From an uncultured virus (IMG/VR IMGVR_UViG_3300027805_000007) (Duplodnaviria; Heunggongvirae; Uroviricota; Caudoviricetes), in the IMG/VR virus record IMGVR_UViG_3300027805_000007: a stretch of DNA of 36,586 bases; one strand, 5' to 3'. Both the position numbers and the translations under genes were made by a program. Positions 31,823 to 36,586 of this stretch are shown in pieces. Each line of letters starts with the position of its first letter. The first letter of the stretch is position 1. Below the pieces are notes generated by a model, which worked only from the letters and a program-made list of their open reading frames with translations, did no database searches and was not told the origin of the DNA.

Positions 31823-33259
31823 TCAATTATCTTCTGAGAGATCCAATACATCTGAGTACAAAGCGTTGGTGGCATTTGGTCCCATTCCGCCACCTTCCAG
31901 CATGCGGTTAGTTTCCCCAGCCTTGGCACCGAACAAACGAGATAGCACACCGCTAGATCCTCGGGCTTCCATCTCTAGTCGGATGGTGTCACGGGTATCA
32001 GAGATGTTCTTGAAGCGATCAATCAAGTTAAACAAGCGATCCATTTCATGTGACAAGGCTGGGTCAAGACCTTGACCTTCCAGTTCTTCTGCAAAGCGAG
32101 CGAACATCACACGACCTACTTGCATCTCCAAAAGTGCACGCATCGCCGCCTGTAACTGATCCTTTGTACGGATCTCAATCGGTAGTTTAAATGCACATTC
32201 TGAATGTTCCTTGAAACTAGGACATCTATTGCTCAGATAGCAACTATCGCACTGGCGTAAAGGGTTCGCATTGTAACGAATTACGTTGATCTTTTCAGGA
32301 TCAATTTCTATAGAATCCCCTTCTGTATCAACGGTTTGCGAGCCAAAGGAGGTGATGGTTTCTACACCCATTACTGGTAGCAATACACGCTCACTCTCAT
32401 GCCTCTTCGTTGGGGTGTTGATAGCAATAGTTGACCCCCCAGAAACCACAGAAGTGGGGGTATGCGTTACAGGGGGTATAGCAACTATCTGCCCATCATT
32501 TGGGGTTAGGATCTCTTGCTCATCATCGTCATTCATAGGGTCATAGCCCCCAAAAGTATGGGTCTCCCATTGTTGCCATGAAGCAATTGCAAGGTTACCG
32601 ATTGCGGATACGTTGTCATCCATTACAGCATCAAAATCAATATTGAGACGAACAATGTCGGCACGATGCTTCCTGCGTGAGGACTCTTTCTGCTGTGCTG
32701 GGTATCTGCGTAGCCCGTGACCGTCCCACACTTGTGTCTCGCCGTAGCGGATGGCGCTAGTCCATGAGCCTACGATGACACTTTCCCATGGCACACGCTC
32801 AATCAAGTCAGGCTTTGAGGTGATGCCAATCAATTTGGCGTTCCAACGCTGTGCGATAGACGCTATGCGCCCCATGTTGCGTCCTGTGACCGCCTTGTCA
32901 CTGACCGCCGCCCGACCATACTTCTGGCACAACCATGTCAGGCGCTCCAGATCTTGCTCATCATTCCACAGCGGGTAGTACTTCTCACCTAGCCACGAGC
33001 CATCATAATCAGGGCGACCAATTACAATGTGTAAATTATCTGCGTGATCTCGTACGAACTGGTCAAAGCGGTTTATGTCCTCATCGTTTTCTGATGTGTA
33101 CACAATGATCTCGCCCTCATTAAACAAGGCACTGAGGTCTAGTTCTTTCTTCTTAGGGATCGGGAAGTGAGTCAAGTTGAGGGCATGGCGAGTTACGCCA
33201 GCCGTCAACAGCATCTTGCGATACGTCCCCTTTTCCGCTCCGCCAAAGAATACTTTCAT
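31823..33259 (-). CDS. Hypothetical protein: degenerate TGT/DpdA-like N-terminal domain, Cys cluster, helical C-terminus
   Basis: KLIGIT..PDLIERVPWESVIVGSWTSAIRYGE resembles the phage TGT-like SVDSxSW...RxG segment; CDSCYLSNRC...C. Confidence 0.5.
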   Translation of the reverse strand: MKVFFGGAEKGTYRKMLLTAGVTRHALNLTHFPIPKKKELDLSALFNEGEIIVYTSENDEDINRFDQFVRDHADNLHIVIGRPDYDGSWLGEKYYPLWNDEQDLERLTWLCQKYGRAAVSDKAVTGRNMGRIASIAQRWNAKLIGITSKPDLIERVPWESVIVGSWTSAIRYGETQVWDGHGLRRYPAQQKESSRRKHRADIVRLNIDFDAVMDDNVSAIGNLAIASWQQWETHTFGGYDPMNDDDEQEILTPNDGQIVAIPPVTHTPTSVVSGGSTIAINTPTKRHESERVLLPVMGVETITSFGSQTVDTEGDSIEIDPEKINVIRYNANPLRQCDSCYLSNRCPSFKEHSECAFKLPIEIRTKDQLQAAMRALLEMQVGRVMFARFAEELEGQGLDPALSHEMDRLFNLIDRFKNISDTRDTIRLEMEARGSSGVLSRLFGAKAGETNRMLEGGGMGPNATNALYSDVLDLSEDN

Positions 33260-33510
33260 TCGTCTTTTGGTAAGTCTTCCCAGCCAGCCTTACGCCATAC
33301 TGACGGGCTGTGGTTCTGCTCTACGAGCAGTGCTTCAAGGTCATCTACATAAAGACGCAAAATGTGAATGCAAGGATCTTCGCCCTCGTCCCATGCCGAG
33401 TCTTCGTCCTCGGTTGAAGGTAGCCCATCATGTGTTGAGCACACTGGGGGACCAACCCATTTATTCTCTAAACCTATTTTAAGCCACGAGTCAAAATCCA
33501 TTTCAGACAT
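33256..33510 (-). CDS. Small acidic hypothetical protein
   Basis: ATG 33510 follows AAGGA; C.THDG.P...DPCIH motif. Confidence 0.75.
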   Translation of the reverse strand: MSEMDFDSWLKIGLENKWVGPPVCSTHDGLPSTEDEDSAWDEGEDPCIHILRLYVDDLEALLVEQNHSPSVWRKAGWEDLPKDE

Positions 33511-33985
33511 TGCCCCAATTCCTTTCTGCTCTCGCAAGAGCCTGTGCATCTACTTCTTCTACGATTGTGTCCCACGCTTTTTTAGTGCGTGCTTCTGACC
33601 ATTCAGGTCTGACGATGTGTGGCACCGTCATCAACAGTGTAGGGATTCCATTGTGAGAAACCTTTGCTATTACCCGAGGATCAATGTCAATATACCAGTT
33701 GATGCGTCCATAAACAGCATGCAAATTCTGAATTCTTTCTACACGAGCCTCAACCGTACTTTCAGCAATAAAATCAACTGTTGACGCTTTGAAGCCTTCT
33801 CGCTTTAACCATTCAAGACAGCCTTGTTCATTGGTAACGCCTGAAGCAAACACTGCCATGCGACCATTAAATGCAGGGAAGAAAGTGTTCCACAACCTAC
33901 GTCCCTCTGGGCTTGGTTGTCTGGCTCCTACTTCATCACTGACATTGCTTGGTATAGAAAGAACGTCTAGCGATATCAGGATCAT
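33503..33985 (-). CDS. HAD-like fold hypothetical protein
   Basis: ILISLDVL...WL...WYIDIDP...GIPTLL. Confidence 0.6.
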   Translation of the reverse strand: MILISLDVLSIPSNVSDEVGARQPSPEGRRLWNTFFPAFNGRMAVFASGVTNEQGCLEWLKREGFKASTVDFIAESTVEARVERIQNLHAVYGRINWYIDIDPRVIAKVSHNGIPTLLMTVPHIVRPEWSEARTKKAWDTIVEEVDAQALARAERNWGNV

Positions 33986-34449
33986 CAGTCGTACATGCCC
34001 ATTTCAACACGCTGACGATGCGTGTAGTACTCGGCGGCTGGACAGTACATGCAAAGATACTGACGCTTTTCTGGTGGCACACCAACTTTACGACCAATCG
34101 TCTTAGCGTCTGTGCACCAGTCAATACAACCTTGCTTAGGGCGATTGTGGCGGTTAAAGCACTTAAGTGCATCTACTTTGAGTTCGTCACGAGTGTCTTT
34201 GATGTAGACATCGTTCTTTGCTAGTTCGCTTTTAACTGCTGTTTCTGAGTCCAGTTTCTTTGCGGTCTCTTCATCTGTGCGATAAATGAGTGCACTGCAA
34301 TTCTGTGGGTCTGGCACCTGTGCGTTGTGGCGGTCACAGAGTTCACGCAACTCTTGGTCGTGTTCTGGTGGTCCATCGTATGGACGCATCTTCCACATAA
34401 CACCGTGCGTTTTGCATACCAAAAGACGGTGTGCTTGTTCATTAGCCAT
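33985..34449 (-). CDS. Cys/His-rich hypothetical protein
   Basis: AGGAG SD; multiple CxxH/CxxC motifs. Confidence 0.8.
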   Translation of the reverse strand: MANEQAHRLLVCKTHGVMWKMRPYDGPPEHDQELRELCDRHNAQVPDPQNCSALIYRTDEETAKKLDSETAVKSELAKNDVYIKDTRDELKVDALKCFNRHNRPKQGCIDWCTDAKTIGRKVGVPPEKRQYLCMYCPAAEYYTHRQRVEMGMYD

Positions 34450-34496
34450 GTTGTGCTCCTAACTTCGGTCTAGCCGAAGCCTACTACAAGTTTTAC

Positions 34497-34763
34497 TTAT
34501 GAACGCATACTTCTTGGAAGGTCTACGATGCTTCCGTCTTCGTATTCCTCGTATCCGTGGATACCGTCATCGTGCATAACCGTTTTAACAGGCTTACGGG
34601 TTGAGTCATTAGCAAACGATTGTTCGTTGTTAGGTGAATCTGGATAACCTGGTCGGATATAATTTTCATACCCGTAGATGTCAGAGAGATTTACTGCTCT
34701 CATACGGTTTACTTTGTTGAGGTGAGGTTCACCTACTGGGTTCATGCGATGGTCGTGTGCCAT
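34497..34763 (-). CDS. Hypothetical protein
   Basis: AAGGA SD and ATG start. Confidence 0.7.
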   Translation of the reverse strand: MAHDHRMNPVGEPHLNKVNRMRAVNLSDIYGYENYIRPGYPDSPNNEQSFANDSTRKPVKTVMHDDGIHGYEEYEDGSIVDLPRSMRS

Positions 34764-34772
34764 GGTTATTCC

Positions 34773-34976
34773 TTATCGGTGTAGATGTGCTTCAGGGGCG
34801 TTAGCCAAAGGGGTTCGCTCTACGAGACCGTACTGTGGCTGTACTTCCATAGCACGGACTGAGGCATCAGTTGGGTCAACGTTGCCACCACGATCTGGTG
34901 TGAGTGACTTGAACTTGCCGTCCTTGGCACCAAGGCTAAGGTCGTTGTTCATTGAGCGGGTTTCGTTTACAGCCAT
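34773..34976 (-). CDS. Hypothetical protein
   Basis: TAGGAT 7 nt upstream; colinear with neighbours. Confidence 0.7.
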   Translation of the reverse strand: MAVNETRSMNNDLSLGAKDGKFKSLTPDRGGNVDPTDASVRAMEVQPQYGLVERTPLANAPEAHLHR

Positions 34977-34989
34977 AGTATTAATCCTA

Positions 34990-35676
34990 TCACGGTTTCT
35001 GATTATTTAAAGATTCACGAATTCTAGCAATAGCGTCAGCACCCATTGCTCTGCGCTGTGCACGAGTTTTGGCTGGAGCAGTTGCAGAAGGGGCACGAGG
35101 TGGTCTGTTAGTTGCCGTTACTGCTGGAGGGCGTTGCATTGGGGGCAATGGGTTAACTGGTTGACCCGCAGGCGTGGTAGACGTAGGTACCGCTTTATTT
35201 TGAGAAACCCCAGCAACTGCCTGCTGTTGTATTGGTGTTAATACGGTAGGAGCAGGTGGTTCTGGAGTAACCCGTTCCATGTTGATTTTGAGCCGAGGAC
35301 GTTCAATTGGTGTTGGCGCTGGGCGTGGCGCTGGAGGGGTTACTTCAATTATTGGGCGATCAGATACGCCAGCAACAGCCCGTTGTTGTAGTGGCGTTAA
35401 GTCCTCTACTGGTGTCTTTGTAAATGTTGGGGATATGCGCAAAGTTGGACGTGGCTTACCCATTGGGCTAGCACCAGGGGGTGGTGGAACCAATGGAGAT
35501 GTAGGAAGCACTGGAACTACTGGTGCTGGAACAACAGGTGGTGGTGGGGGAGCAGGTTTTGTAGCGTCTTCTTTTGCTTTTTTAATGTCAGCAATACCTG
35601 TTTTAACTTCGTTTATTGCTTTTGCTGTCTCTGTTTGCTGAAGAACCAGTTTTGCAAAGTCTTTCATACCACCCAT
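34990..35676 (-). CDS. Proline-rich disordered protein with internal duplication
   Basis: RPTLRI...LTPLQQRAVAGVS and RPRLKI...LTPIQQQAVAGVS. Confidence 0.75.
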   Translation of the reverse strand: MGGMKDFAKLVLQQTETAKAINEVKTGIADIKKAKEDATKPAPPPPPVVPAPVVPVLPTSPLVPPPPGASPMGKPRPTLRISPTFTKTPVEDLTPLQQRAVAGVSDRPIIEVTPPAPRPAPTPIERPRLKINMERVTPEPPAPTVLTPIQQQAVAGVSQNKAVPTSTTPAGQPVNPLPPMQRPPAVTATNRPPRAPSATAPAKTRAQRRAMGADAIARIRESLNNQKP

Positions 35677-35678
35677 GG

Positions 35679-36227
35679 TCAGATCACCGTTCCTGAAGAC
35701 CTGCGGTTTGCACGGGTGTTCCTAATTGCGCCAATACGGTTTCTAACTTGTCCCATGGTCTGACCAAACGGAGTTTGTTGAACAGCATTTTGTGCCATGC
35801 TAATCAACGGACGGGCGCCTCCAGAAGACGCCATTGTCATTGGAGAACTAGATGGTGCTGGCACGGTACCAGACGCTGTTGGCGTTGTAGGTGTTGCTGG
35901 GGCAGTTGGACCAGTTACCGCAGTACCAGCAGTTGGAGATGGTAGTGGTGTTCCTGTGGTTGAGGAATCAGGAGTAGATTTATCTTTGTAACGATCGCTC
36001 CACTTTTCGCCGCCTTTATTAAAACCACGATCCATGATGTGCTCGTTGGCTCCCCAATTTAAACGCATGCCAATGCTAGGTGGTCTAAACCTAGGTGCCT
36101 GACTGACACGTGGACCTTGTTTAAAGCCAGCCTGCATCCATGATGGCGTAGACCATTGCATGGAGTTTGACCACTGCTGGTTGAGGCGTTGGTTTTGGAT
36201 CTCTCCGATGTAATCGTTTTCTGCCAT
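35679..36227 (-). CDS. Low-complexity Thr/Pro-rich protein
   Basis: Start moved to ATG 36227, directly after the upstream stop. Confidence 0.7.
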   Translation of the reverse strand: MAENDYIGEIQNQRLNQQWSNSMQWSTPSWMQAGFKQGPRVSQAPRFRPPSIGMRLNWGANEHIMDRGFNKGGEKWSDRYKDKSTPDSSTTGTPLPSPTAGTAVTGPTAPATPTTPTASGTVPAPSSSPMTMASSGGARPLISMAQNAVQQTPFGQTMGQVRNRIGAIRNTRANRRSSGTVI

Positions 36228-36228
36228 A

Positions 36229-36543
36229 TCAGCCCCACAAACTTTGCATTGAGTAGCGACTAGAACTAGAGAAGTTATCTTCCATGAAACCATCACGGAA
36301 CATCACAGGTGCCCCTGAGACCCACGAACGGTTAGATGCGGTGTAACGATCAATGTTTAGTACGTCCATTATACCCATTGTTTGCTTGGCATAACCTTCA
36401 CGAACAGTAAACAATTGTTGTGGATGTACTGGGCGGATTTGGCGGATCGTGTCAGGATCAGAGATAGCCGTCTGCAACGCCATGTCAACGAGCATCTCAG
36501 AATGAGACTGCCATGGGCGTGCGGTAGGCATCTGTTGAGCCAT
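36229..36543 (-). CDS. Hypothetical protein
   Basis: Colinear ORF. Confidence 0.7.
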   Translation of the reverse strand: MAQQMPTARPWQSHSEMLVDMALQTAISDPDTIRQIRPVHPQQLFTVREGYAKQTMGIMDVLNIDRYTASNRSWVSGAPVMFRDGFMEDNFSSSSRYSMQSLWG

Positions 36544-36586
36544 TATTTAATCCTGAAACCAGTCTGTGTTTGGGCGTGGTATGCCA

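Overview
The window looks like a fragment of a large dsDNA phage of Actinomycetota. Supporting this: two WhiB genes, DUF932, DUF6011-like and DUF6378-like proteins, an SNF2 helicase, many leaderless genes, no bacterial housekeeping genes, and apparent avoidance of several 4-bp palindromes. No integrase, terminase or capsid gene is visible. There are four blocks. (1) 1-13695, mostly minus strand: membrane/structural genes, a small modification island (PhyH dioxygenase, SAM methyltransferase, ATP-grasp-like), and about 18 small genes encoding single ParB/Srx-like, ADP-ribosyltransferase-like, GNAT-like and zincin domains. Many of these share an N-terminal tag (L[SN]PDQF / HL[SN]xQ[FL]) and carry beta-clamp-binding-like motifs. 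(2) 13696-14738, a non-coding divergence region with a dense run of host-regulator-like boxes (LexA, six DnaA, two IdeR/DtxR, two CRP/GlxR). (3) 14739-28001, plus strand: a putative early region. Fifteen intergenic spacers carry one of two covarying structured elements (a compact three-way junction with an invariant UUCAAU loop, or tandem long hairpins), and every one ends in the same Shine-Dalgarno-containing hairpin. (4) 27978-36543, minus strand: glycosyltransferase, HTH, lytic transglycosylase, WhiB, nucleotidase-like and TGT-like genes. All family calls come from motifs recognised by eye; no database search was run.
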